A DNA stretch of 64,000 bases, taken from assembly GCF_006345805.1 (NCBI RefSeq), contig NW_021832384.1:1-64000 (forward strand), written 5' to 3'. The translations under genes and the position numbers were made by a program. The DNA is from Octopus sinensis. Taxonomy: Eukaryota. Under the pieces are notes generated by a model. It was not told the DNA's origin and did not search any database. It saw only the letters and a program-made list of their open reading frames with translations. Shown in pieces: positions 24,689 through 36,815 of the stretch. How positions within the stretch are numbered: position 1 is the first letter of the stretch; each line of letters starts with the position of its first letter.

Positions 24689-25402
24689 TGAACATATTTT
24701 TCTAACTTGTGTTTGCAGCTCAATATAGAGGTTAGTGTATGTGTGAGAGCTAAGAAGACAGGAAAGAGAGACTACAAAAACCCATCATCTTTTTACATCC
24801 GCTTTCTTTGCTGGCAAAGGATGGGTTTCACAGTCCAAGTGAGTTCTTATTGAGAGTTACTTCTCATCTTAGGCTTATAAAATATTTATCTGATATTAAT
24901 AGATCAAAGAAGTGGGTTAAGTAAAATAAACAAATGGGGGGAAGGGGGTATATTTGTGGCCTAAAAAGTGCGTGCGTGTGTGTGTGTGTGTAGTCATGGC
25001 TAACAAAAGTAAAAAGAGATTTAAGAATTAAAAGAGAGAGAGAGATAGTTTAAATCACTTAACAATATGCCAAGTAAATTAGTTCAAACCAATTCTGTTG
25101 CATCATCATCTATGAAAATTTGACAGAATGAATAAATGGAGAAAAGAAAATGGGAACACCCACCCTTGCCCACCCTGACCTTTGTTGTTGTTATCATTAT
25201 TATGAACAATGTTACATGTGTCCTTAAAATATATATTTATTTTTAAACCTGAAAGAGAGCAAGAACACATGCCAACAAACATTATAATGATGATGGTGAT
25301 GATGACAATAATCATCATCATCATCATCATTGCCACCATTGTTATTATTCTTGTCAACAGTTTTATTATATTGTTTTCATTTTTTTCTCTTAAATTCTGC
25401 TT

Positions 25403-25611
25403 CATCATCAGCATTTAACGTCCATTTTCCATTCTGTCATGGGTTGGACTGTTTTACAGAAAATTGGTAAGCTGGAGAGCTGGACTAGGTTCCAATCTGA
25501 TTTGGCGAGATTTCTAATCAGATTGGAACCTGGTGCAGCTCCCCAGCTTTCAGTCAAACCATCCAACCCATCCAGCATGGAAAACAGATGTTAAATGATG
25601 ATGATGATGAT
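25403..25611. repeat. Fold-back of two opposed family D 3' ends in the SOCS 3'UTR region
   Basis: Inner arms 25470-25502 and 25516-25548 have 30/33 identity; outer arms also complementary, ending in (CAT)n and (GAT)n. Confidence 0.88.
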
Positions 25612-25688
25612 GGTGACGATGATAATGGTAAAAAAAAAAAAAAAAAAGGGGTGGGGGGAAATTGTGACTGTTTAAAATGTCTGATCTA

Positions 25689-27253
25689 TTAGAAATGCTT
25701 TTCAGTAACCTTCATTTTGTAATGATAATACTTGAGGAAGTCTTTTAAGGCTAGTGGGAGGGGAAGCTCCGACACTTTGTCGTAAGTGATAAAGCTACAG
25801 ATGGCAGCTCTGCACAGATGCTGCAAGGAGAATGGATAAGTTCTGGTGAGGGGTCGAGTAAGCATTGGTTCGAAGAACATGCAACAGCTGGGGTCTTTGT
25901 AATGTTCTATCAGGCGGCAGACGGTACCAGCTGCAAAGACGCCCGGGTCATGGCAATCGAAACTAAACTTGTGGTTGCACTGCTCAATGCGTGCGTGAAG
26001 AGACCTTCCATAACGCCGAAAACTGACGGAGAAAAGAAAATCCTCCTGTGCACTGTCTCGCAACAGAAATGTTCCCTCGGCTTTGTTGTCAAGCAGGTTC
26101 TCTGCTTCGTACCGATCCATAACCCCCCAGTAAAAACTGCAGTTGGCAATCTGCTGCAGGTCAGGCACTAGACAGTGGGTGTACTCGACACGACTGTGAA
26201 CACGCTGGTAGCTGTCGCTGTTGGTAGCTTCGTGTGGTGGGTAATCCTGAATGGGTGCATCGTTGAAGTCGTCGTCGTTGAAATAATCTAGAGAGAACTG
26301 GCTGTGGCTTCCGGGATTAGCCTGCAGAGAACAGCTCTGCTGGAACGACGAGCAGAGTTGGTCGTTAGGTGCCAATGTGGAAACAGACCGAAAATTGCGG
26401 CATGCACAAAATGTATTTCTATCTACGTGGCTTCCAGCAATTCTGGAACTAGTTTGTTGACCCTCCTGTTGCTGTTGTTGATGACAAGTTGTGCCGATGT
26501 TATCAGTGGAACAGCCAACTGAACTCGAAGTGTTGTTAATGTTGTTTAAAGATCCAGCAAACTGCCTGGCTGACATTCGATGGTGCTGCTTGTCGACAGG
26601 ACTGAATAAAGTTTTCTTTGAATGGTGCTTCCGATGATGGCGACTCTTCGGTAAACGCAAGACAGTGTTTGTGGAGATTTGGCAAGATGGAGTCAACATG
26701 AAGTTGGAAGATGATGGTCGTTGTGAACAAGTGGCCAGTATCAGCTGGTGTTCACAACTGGAAAAGTTTGAGCATCTAGAAGTTCCGACACAGGGTTGTG
26801 AGTAACCCATGTAGCGGGACTGCTTAGATTGTTTGTCTCGAAATTTGATAGACCAAGGTTTCTTGTGTTTATTCTTTGGTGGCGATCCTGAACACGAGCC
26901 TGAAGCAGCTTCCATACCGACATTTGATTTGTATCCGCAATGTTGGCACGAAGAGGGGCAATCTGTGTGTTTTTTGGTTTGTTCAATCTGTAGGGAGTCA
27001 GATAGGGCATGCTGCTTCAACAAGATCGGTTCACTACTTATCTGCGAGGAGCCTGAAGTTAACGAAAGTGTAGCAGTTTGTCGCTCGTGGAGCTCAACGA
27101 TACTGACGAGGGACAGTTCACTGCCACAGCAGAAAAATGGACGAATGGGCGATCGATGGTGGACAGTACTTGATTTGCTCTTTCCAGCATGATTAAATGT
27201 GGCCATTGCCCCAGACTGCACACTGGATTGACTTTCACTGGAGGGACTGCTTC
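25689..27253 (-). CDS. SOCS5: Suppressor of cytokine signalling 4/5-like (SOCS36E class), main coding exon; first in-exon ATG at 27206
   Basis: Uninterrupted >500-aa frame. Pre-SH2 motif [14 protein letters not shown]2 domain [45 protein letters not shown]-terminal SOCS box [29 protein letters not shown]. Frame stays open to a splice acceptor at 27254. Confidence 0.96.
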
Positions 27254-27290
27254 CTGTATCAAAATAAAAGAAAGAAAAACAATTAATTTA
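27254..27290 (-). other. 3' splice site of the SOCS coding exon
   Basis: Minus strand ttgtttttctttcttttattttgatacag|ga agc agt: polypyrimidine tract plus CAG, phase 1 relative to the SOCS frame. Confidence 0.8.
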
Positions 27291-28067
27291 CTTGAAAACA
27301 GATCAAAATAATTTACTGTTAAAATGAATTAAACTCTTCATAAACACCCTTTTTTGAGAGTTTTCAATGGCAAGATAAACTGCAGTCATTTCATGATGTA
27401 AAGTGGCTGGTGGTAAAAGGACTCCCCCAACCCATGTCAGCATGAAAAAGATAAATTATGATAGTGGTGGTGATGATAATTAACTGTATCCATAGAGCAG
27501 CAGATGCCAAAATTGGTAGACTGTCAAAAGAAATACCTGGTGGTATTTAGTCAAGTCCTTGTACATTTGGAGTTCACATCCTGCTACAGCTGGATTTGCT
27601 GTTCACCCTTCCATCAGTTACAGTTTCATTTCATTAATGGAATGATAAGATATAATCTCCATTGATAGAATTGATTAATCACAGTTGAAACTGCTACATG
27701 GTGGTTCAGCCAAATATCCGTCAAATCCAACCAAACCATCTTAATTATATAAGTCACAATATATGAATATAATCTGGTAATACTCAGAAAAAACTGCTAA
27801 ATCATTCTACAAAACAATATATAGTATGATACACGAGAAAACGAGGACAGCATTATTCTGCATTATTTTGAAAGATCTTTTGCATTTATGCAAACATATA
27901 AGTAATTTATCATTAAATATAATAATATAAATTATTGACATGCTTTTAAGTTACGAAACAAGTTGTCGTGATTTTTGAATTTTCTTCTTGTTTAATAAAA
28001 TTTCATCAAACTATTTCTTTGTCATTTATAACTTTACACACATACATATTATATATATATATATATA

Positions 28068-28274
28068 GTTAATCCAAACAAGAAAACATAAAAACAAAAA
28101 AAACACAACAACACGAGGACGTGGAACAAATAAAGTATTATTGGATGCTCAGGAAAGAAGGGAAGAAGGAGGGTTTAACGTTTCGAGCGGAGCTCTTCGT
28201 CGGAAACATAGGAGAAGAAAAGATCCCGAGAAGGGAAGACAGAGGAAAAAAATCGCCAGTGGTACTCACGAGGT

Positions 28275-28277
<3 letters not shown>
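28068..28277 (-). mobile_element. 210-bp (TA)n-flanked unit with a minimal type-I hammerhead-like motif (28173-28207)
   Basis: Minus strand gttt-ccgacga-a-gagc-tcc-gctc-gaaa-cgt-t-aaac; downstream tttcctgagcatccaataatac resembles the 16.3-16.7 kb units. Confidence 0.6.
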
Positions 28278-28315
<38 letters not shown>

Positions 28316-28920
28316 TGTGCATTACATAACTCGTACTTTTAGCAAGCTGAGTGACTTTGGTTGGATGTGACAGAAGTATTAAGTAATAAATGTAGAAAAA
28401 TATTCCCAGATAATTACTACAATTATCAAAACACATACCATCATTGTCTATGCTGGCAAACCAGAGGGCTATGCCAAGTTCTATTATCCGCTCTAGAAAG
28501 GTTTCTGCGGCTTGATGCCCTTCCTAATGCCAGTACACTATATACATACATACAATATATATCTTTTACTTGTGTCAGTCTTTAGACTTGCAGCTATGCT
28601 GTGGCACAGTCGTGAAGAGACCCAGTTGAACAAATCAAACATTGGGTTTTTTTTTTTCTATTTTAAATCTGGTACTTTTTCTGTCAGCCTCTTTTTGCCA
28701 AACCGCTAAGCTTCAGGGACAAAACCCAAACACACTCACACATGACAGGCTTCTTTTTTAATTTCTTCAACCAAATCCATTCACAAATTTTGGATGGACC
28801 CAGAACTACAGCAGGACACCTGCCCAAAGTGCTGCGCAGTTGGACTGAACCCAGAACCGAGAGTTTGGAAACTAAACTTATCATACAGCCACATCTACAC
28901 CCATATATATATATATGTGT

Positions 28921-29520
28921 GTGGAGGCGCAATGGCTCAATGGTTAGGGCAGCAGACTCGCGGTGACGATTCCCAAACCGGGCGTTGTGAGTGTTTATTG
29001 AACGAAAACATCTAAAGCTCCACGAGGCTCCGGCAGGGGGTGGCGGTGATCCCTGCTGAACTCTTTCGCCACAACTTTCTCTCACTCTTTCTTCTGTTGG
29101 CCCGCTCGCTTAGCCAGCGGGGTGGCGTCATTTGAAGGCTAAAACAATGCGAAGTGCATTGTGACCAGCGATGTGTAGCAACACATAGCCTGGTTGGTCA
29201 CGGTGATCATGGTGGTGGTCAGGGCAGCGGACTCGTTTGATGAAACATGGTTGTAGGATCGAGGTTTCGATTCCCAGACCGGGCGATGTGAGTGTTTATT
29301 GAGTGAAAACATCTAAAGCTCCACGCGGCTCCGGCAGGGTGGGTGGGTGGGTGGTTGTTGATCCCTGCTATACTCTTTCGCCACAACTTTCTCTCACTCT
29401 CTCTTCTGTTGGCCTGCTCGCTTAGCCAGCGGGGTGGCGTCATTTGAAGGCAAAAACAATGCGAAGTGCATTGTGACCAGCGATGTGTAACAACACAAAG
29501 CCTGGTCGGTCACGGTGATC
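28921..29520 (+). mobile_element. Two tandem family C-head SINEs with an alternative 3' tail
   Basis: Head and centre match family C up to acaactttctctcactct, then continue tcttctgttggcc..gcttagccagcggggtggcgtcatttgaagg. Confidence 0.85.
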
Positions 29521-29706
29521 ATGGTGGTGGTGGTGGTGACATATATATTTATATATAGTAATAGTAGTTATGCTATCAATATTGCTATTATTAGCTGCTG
29601 TAGCTCAGTGACACTTTAACAATAAACAGGGTAGATAGAGGCAAAGCAGGTACAGTAACTTTTTTATAAAAAGACATAATAGTGGGAGGAGAGGTTGTTT
29701 ACTTAC

Positions 29707-29761
29707 TGTAAACTGTAAACAGCTGCACTGACGCCCCTCCCCCACCCCCAACAGCAGCCAT
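29707..29761 (-). CDS. Predicted upstream SOCS coding exon (MAAVGGGGGASVQLFTVY+1 nt)
   Basis: ATGG start at 29761; 55 nt to an A|GTAAGT donor (phase 1), matching the phase-1 acceptor at 27253. No transcript evidence. Confidence 0.5.
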
Positions 29762-30022
29762 AGAAACACAGACAACAAAAGGAATTCAACATCAACAAAA
29801 AAAAAAAACAGAAATGGAATTAATTAAAATATAAAATGAAAAATAAACAAACATATTCATCCACAATACACGCTCTCAGCTGATGTATAGAATCATCCAA
29901 CACACACACACACACACACACATACGTGTGTGTGTGTGTGTTTGTGCATTTGACACATTGACTCCTCTTTCTCTTATTCTTAATGAATCTATTCTACTCT
30001 GTACCAGTAACACAACCACCCT

Positions 30023-30031
30023 ACTTACCTC
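30023..30031 (-). other. Consensus 5' splice donor GAG|GTAAGT (possible non-coding SOCS exon)
   Basis: Plus strand acttacctc; exon would end at 30029. Confidence 0.4.
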
Positions 30032-30081
30032 ACCGACATTAACAAACGCTGGCCTTGTATACATACAAGCATACATATATT

Positions 30082-30166
<85 letters not shown>

Positions 30167-30169
30167 GTA

Positions 30170-30563
30170 GGCGTAGGAGTGGCTGTGTGGTAAGTAGCTT
30201 GCTTACAAACCACATGATTCCAGGTTCAGTCCCACTGCATGGCACCTGAGGCAAGTGTCTTCTACTATAGCCTCAGGCCGACCAAAGCTTTGTGAGTGGA
30301 TTTGGTAGACGGAAACTGAAAGAAGCCCGTCGTATATATGTATGTATATATATATATGTGTGTGTGTGTGTATATGTTTGTCCCACCAACATCGCTTGAC
30401 AACCGATGCTGGTGTGTTTACATTCCTGTAACTTAGCAGTTCGGCAAAAGAGACCGATAGAATAAGTACTAGGCTTACAAAGAATAAGTCCTGGGGTCGA
30501 TGTGCTCGACTAAAGGCGGTGCTCCAACAAGGCCACAGTCAAATGACTGAAACAAGTAAAAGG
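30170..30563 (+). mobile_element. Full-length family A SINE
   Basis: Colinear with 8410-8797. Confidence 0.9.
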
Positions 30564-30907
30564 TTACCTCATCAAAATGTCTCAGCTACAAGATAATGCA
30601 TGATTAATTAAAAAAAAAGTACGAATAAATAAGCATTACTTTTGATAGAATAATGTGAATGCTAGAGGGATAAAATTAACTGAAACAAAAGGTAGTGTAA
30701 TTCAAAATAATACAGTGTCCTGGAAACTTCTAATAAATCACATCAGCTACAGTACATGACTGGTACACATTTTATCAACCTCTGAAAGGATGAGAGGCAA
30801 AAATCAACTTTGGTGAAGCTTGAACTCAAAATGTAAATTGCCAGAGAAAGAATATCACTAAGCAATTGTCTGATGGGCAAAGGATTCTGTCAGCTTACCA
30901 CCTTAAT

Positions 30908-31225
30908 CATCATCATCATCGTTTAACGTCCGCTTTCCATGCTAGCATGGGTTGGACGATTTGACTGAGGACTGGCGAACCAGATGGTTGCACCAGGCTC
31001 CAATCTTGATCTGGCAGAGTTTCTACAGCTTGATGCCCTTCCTAACGCCAACCACTCCGAGAGTGTAGTCGGTGCTTTTACGCGCCACCGGCATGAGGGT
31101 CAGTCAGGTGGTACTGGCAACGGCCACGCTCAAATGGTGTTTTTTTACGTGCCACCTGCACAGGTGCCAGTCCAGTGGCATTGGCAATAATCTCGCTCGA
31201 ATGTTTTTTCGTGTGCCAGTAAGGC
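30908..31225 (-). mobile_element. Family D retroposon
   Basis: (CAT)n-gtttaacgtccgctttccatgctagcatggg...gatgcccttcctaacgcc plus tandem units. Confidence 0.82.
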
Positions 31226-32497
31226 AACAGTAATAATAATCTTATCTACTATGGACATAAGGACCAAAATTCATGAAGGAGTGAATCTAGTTGATTACAT
31301 TGACTCCAGTGCTCAACTGGTAGTTATTTCATCAACCATGGAAGAATAAAAGGCCAAGTCAATAATAGTAAGAATTGTTACCGATTTAGACACAAGGCTG
31401 GGATGGGCTTATGCATACCATTAACCCTAGTAGTAAACTGGTACATTGTTTTATTAACCCTGGAAGGAATGTAAGTCAAATTTGACCTTGGTATGATTTG
31501 AAATCAGAATGCAAAGAACCAGAAGAAATATAGTGAGGTATTTTATCTGACACTTTAATGTTTGTGCCAATCCACCACACTTCAAATATAAAAATATAAG
31601 CAACACAACACAACACTGAGGGTGGTAACCCAGCATGAATAGAATCTTATGACTCATGCTAAGAAAAAAAACAACAACAACAAACCCTGAAAACCTGTTT
31701 ATATTTATAAATTTTTCTCTTCCTATCACTAATATTTGATGATCTAGAATTTATGTGTACACACGTACACACATAGCTAAATAGACAGACACAGGTTTCT
31801 CTTCCTGCTATCGCTAATCTATCTGATAATCTGAAATAATCATTATATATATATATTTGTGGGATTCTCTTCCTCACGCTGATTTGATAAACTGGAGAAA
31901 TGTATTTCACATTTTATCATGAATAATCACATCGACAAGAGATCCCATACTACACAGCATCTAAACCTGCAAGAAATAGCAACCTAATCTCACAGACATT
32001 ACATCATACCGTTAAAAAGGAAGCATTTGACTAATGGTTTGCTCCATCAAAAGTTGACCTGGAGGAAAATAATTACCCCCACCACCCGAAACTTCTGCTA
32101 CAGTTTTATTTAGAAACTTGTAGCAGAAATTGGGAAGAAAATGCCAAAAAAGAAATATTTTAAAGAAAGACAGATACACAAAGACAAATTATTGATTTCT
32201 TCCTCTGGCCCAAATCCACAGATTTCTGGGAAGGAATAATAGATTTATTGACCCTTGAAAAAGATAAACAAATTCGATCTTGGCAGTATTTGAATACAAA
32301 ATTAATACATTAATAGCAGTACTTGTAGAAACTCCAAGGTTATTTTGGGAACAATAAAGACAGTTGGAAGATGTTAGAAAACAATGAAATACATAATTTC
32401 TTTTGAAATTGAATTTATTCTAAATAGGCAATAGTGAATGTACAGTCTTAAGAGAACATCTTTGAAAACTATATTCCTTTTTTTTATACATTTTTCA

Positions 32498-32729
32498 GGC
32501 GGCGAGCTGGCAGAAACATTAGCACGACGGGCGAAATGCTTAGTGGCATTTCATCTGTCGTTATGTTCTGAGTTCAAATTCCGCCGAGGTTGACTTTGCT
32601 TTTCATCCTTTCGGGGTCGATAAATAAAGTACCAGTTTCACACTGGGGTTGACGTAATCGACTTAATCCCTTTGTCTGTCCTTGTTTGTCCCCTCTATGT
32701 TTAGCCCCTTGTGGGCAGTAAAGAAATAT
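32498..32729 (+). mobile_element. Full-length family B SINE
   Basis: Complete consensus match; imperfect TSD tatacattt(t/c)tca. Confidence 0.9.
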
Positions 32730-32820
32730 ATACATTTCTCACCTCTTCTACTTCATTATGCCAAGGAATCTTGAGGAAGCTACCTATAATTGTCCATGAT
32801 TGAAATTGCTGAAAATTTGG

Positions 32821-33253
32821 TTAACCCTTTTAATACCAACCCACCTGTGATTGCTCTTGGTTCTATAAAACAAACCTCTTAAAATGATCTAAATTAAAAT
32901 CTGCTATCATGATTTCATGTTGATTAATGTTCCAAAATACCTGTGTAAATAGGTGCAGATTATTAAAAACAGGCAAGTGTATTTCAATAGAAATATGATT
33001 ACAAAGGTGTTAAAGAAAAATGTATATAGCAAACACATTAACCCATAAGCATTTAAACTGGCCACATTCAGCTCAAATATCCTACCTGTTTTATGTTCAA
33101 AACTAGCCACACATAACCTACAGTGTCATTCTAAAAATATTACAATCACGTCATCAAAATCTCAAAGCTGTGGGATAATCTATGATTAATTCCACACAAT
33201 ATGAATAAATAAGCATTACATTTGACATAGTAATCTGAATGCTAAAAAGTTAA
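32821..33253. mobile_element. Two adjacent TTAA-flanked MITEs
   Basis: ttaaccctttt (32821) ... aaaggtgttaa (33013), then ttaaccc (33038) ... aaaagttaa (33253); second copy resembles 40361-40589. Confidence 0.6.
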
Positions 33254-33738
33254 GCACTTAACCATGGAACACAATCAAAGACACTGATTTTATTTTATTC
33301 GGCTACTGTTGTGGTTACATTGGCAATACTTGAACAAATCTTAATTAGCTGAATAAGATATGAAAAACTGTGGGAAGCAGGACTTGGCAGTTGGTGTAGT
33401 GAGATAATCGGAGTTTGGGGCTACCTGTCATGAAGGCAGTACCTCTGAATGGTGATGCATGATAGATTAGACAGATTCTTTAGCTCCACCTGCATACAAC
33501 AACCTCTCTGTTGTGTGTAGATTATATGAAGTGGTTGCAATTAGGAAGGGCATATGGGGTTTGCTTAGAAATTGTACAAAGAATGGAATGTATGGGCAAA
33601 ACATGGACTCTGCAAGCTGCATGGTAGATTACCTGGCTAAGAGAGAAGCAACTCTGGATGAAAAGTGATGCAAGGTAGAAGGGAGTCTGTAATCTGCTTG
33701 CATAGGATGATTACTATTGTGCCAATAAGAAAATTATT

Positions 33739-33860
33739 ATAGGACAACCTCTCTTGTGCCACAAGGAATAATAGGACAGCTTTTCTTATGCTACAAAGAA
33801 TAATAATAGGACAACCTCTCTTGTACCACAAATAATAAGACAACTTCTTTTGTGTTACAT
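33739..33860. repeat. Degenerate ~33-bp minisatellite, about 4 copies
   Basis: Recurrent ataggacaacctctcttgt(g/a)ccacaa unit. Confidence 0.7.
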
Positions 33861-34872
33861 CATAAGACACACACCAAAATAAAATTGGTTAGTTTGCTTT
33901 GTGTGTGTGAGTGTGTGTGTGTGTGTGCCAGATGATGCAAAATATGCTGAGTGACTCTGCCAATCCATACCAGAATGGAAAAATAGACATAAAATGATGC
34001 TGATATTGTTTAAGCAAACTTATAAATTCAAGACATTTTAGCTGTGATCAATCCACTTTTTTTAGGAGAATCTTATGTACAAATGGCAATCTCGGATTTA
34101 AAAACGAAAAAGAAAAACCAACAACTAAGCAGGGAGTTTATCGGTTGTTAGTTGTCGGAGCACTGCATCCTTCAAAACTTCCATGCTTCCTGAGATTCGC
34201 CAACACTACACTTGATTTTCTCCCCTCCATACACACACAAGCATGTTCACTTTCCAGACATTTCTACATTGCTGCATGTACTTTATATGCACTTTCTGAC
34301 AAGTTGTGATGCACCTGAGCACTGTATACAATAATTTCATTATTATTATTATTATTATTATTACATCATGGTGTTTATTTCCTCTCACTCATCTCACCAA
34401 GCATAATTTAAATTTAGGTGGGAAAGCAAACTGTTACTCCCATCTGGTATTTTGATCAGACATATAAATGCCACCAAACAGACGTGTATTTTCTCTCTTT
34501 ATATCTATCCAACTATAGATATATATTCTTGATGCTGGGCGACCATCTTCATGTTGAATATAGTAACTTTAGATATTATTTATTCCATTATGGTATTTGC
34601 TTTTATGATAAATAAGGAGTGATACTGTAAGTTTTACTTCTTGGCATTAAGAAAGTCACAATAGCTGGCAAAAGCATATGTTATTTTGTTTTTGTATCTG
34701 GTTTGCAAGCTTCTTTATGTGAATTTGTGTGTTGGGACAAATTTTGTTGTGTCGTTGGAAAGTCATTGTCAATATTATTAACACACTGGAGTTGATGTAA
34801 TCAAGTAACCCCTTTCCCAAATTTCAGACTTTGCATCTACATTCGAAAAGATTAGTATTATAATTATTTTCA

Positions 34873-35090
34873 GGCGGCGAGCTGGCAGAATCGTTAGCAT
34901 GCCGGGCAAAATGCTTAGTGGCATTTCATTCATCCTAATGTTCCGAGTTCAAATTTTACCATGGTCAAATTTGCCTTTCATCCTTTCGGGGTCGATAAAT
35001 AAAGTACCAGTGAAACACTGGAGTCAATGTAATCGACTAGTCCCCCACCTCAAAATTTCAGCTCTTGGGCCTTTAGTAGAAAGGATTATT
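34873..35090 (+). mobile_element. Older family B-related SINE with a different tail
   Basis: ggcggcgagctggcagaatcgttagc...tttgcctttcatcctttcggggtcgat...gggcctttagtagaaaggattatt. Confidence 0.75.
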
Positions 35091-35488
35091 ATCATTATTA
35101 TTATTATACACTTCAGACCAAATGAAACCTGGCAACTTCTATAGTGATCTAGCAGATTTGAAATTTTGATTTTGTATATCATACTCCAAGAAACAATAAA
35201 AACACTCCACCCCTGTTTATAAAAATCATTAGTTATATTAGTTATATTAGTATATAAGATTTGTTTTAACTTTGCTAAGACAATAAATATGTGGAATGAA
35301 CTGGCAAGACTATGTTTACAAAGGGTTTACCTTTTGGGGTCACTTTCTGTTTTTTGGGGTTTTCCCATGGTTAAGTAATGGCCAGGACCCAAGGTTTGTT
35401 GGTTTGAAAAGGTCCAACTAATATGAAAGCATATATGTGTGAGTGCGTATATATATAAAGAGATATGTGATAAAATCTCTCCTCTTAT

Positions 35489-35885
35489 AGTGGCTGTGTA
35501 GTAAGTAGCTTGCTTACCAACCACATGGTTCCTGGTTCAGTACCACTGTGTAGCACCTTGGGCAAGTGTCTTCCACTAAAGCCTCAGGCCGACCATAGCC
35601 TTGTGAGTGGATTTGGTAGACGGAAACTGAAAGAAGCTCGTCGTGTATGTATGTATATATATATATATATGTGTGTATATATGTATGTGTGTGTGTGTTT
35701 GTACCCCCAACATCGCTTGCCAACCGATGTTGGAGTGTTTACATCCACATAACTTAGCGGTTCGGCAAAAGAGTCCGATAGAATAAGTACTAGGCTTACA
35801 AAGAATAATTCCTAGAGTCGATTTGTTTTGACTGAAGGCGGTGCTCCAGCATGGCCGCAGTCGAATGACTGAAAAGATAAAAGAA
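35489..35885 (+). mobile_element. Family A SINE
   Basis: Colinear with the other family A copies. Confidence 0.88.
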
Positions 35886-36526
35886 TACACATACACACAC
35901 ACACAAAGTGAGAGATATTTCATCAAGTATCTACTTATATGCAGACAGATGTGAAGATGATGAAACTTATCTTCTGTAAAGCACGCGTGTGCCTGCGCAT
36001 TTTACACACACACACACACACACATTGTTACCTTCCATACACACTAGCATTCATAGAGATTTCGAAATCACAAAAATCAGGTCACTTCCATATGCTTACC
36101 ACCAGTTATGTATGACAGCTGTCTGGATGTGAATAGCGTGATTTTTTACCATTATTATTATTATCATCATCATCATCATTATTATTATTATAAAAAACTA
36201 TGATGCAAGTTGCATAAGTAGAGGTGGTGGTGGTGGTAGTGGTAATGATAAGAACAAAAAAAAAAAAAAAGAGTCCCAGCACCCCCTCCTTCACTTCTGT
36301 TGCCGTCAAAGCACTGACTGCTAAGGACTACTTAGCACATTTCCCAGTGAGCCCAGCATGAAAGCTTTCACCAGCCTTTTACTACTATCACCACCACCAC
36401 AGCTACCACAATCACTGCCACCACCACCACCACCACACAGAGGGAGTGCTCTACGTGCTAGAAATCGCAGCCAGCTCACTCTCAAATCATATCCTGCAGC
36501 CTAAAAATAGGATATACAGGACATAC

Positions 36527-36815
36527 ATCATTATCATCAAGCGTCCGCTTTCCATGCTAGCATGGGTTGGACGGTTCCACTGGGGTCTGGGAAGCCAGAA
36601 GGCTGCACCAGGCCCAGTCTGATCTGGCAATGTTTCTACGGCTGGATGCCCTTCCTGACGCCAACCACTCCGTGAGTGTAGTGGGTGCTTTTTACGTGCC
36701 ACCGGCTCAGGTGCCAGGCGAGGCTGGCAACGGCCACAATTGGTTGGTGCCTTTTACGTGCCACCAGCACGGGGGCCAGGTGAGGCTGGCAACGGCCACG
36801 ATCGGATGGTGCTTT
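36527..36815 (-). mobile_element. Family D retroposon with two internal tandem units
   Basis: ttttacgtgccacc...gaggctggcaacggccac repeated twice. Confidence 0.82.

Noticed and set aside
25818-27192. Antisense or alternative-frame ORFs overlapping SOCS
   Set aside because: Shadow ORFs of a GC-richer coding exon with no recognisable domains
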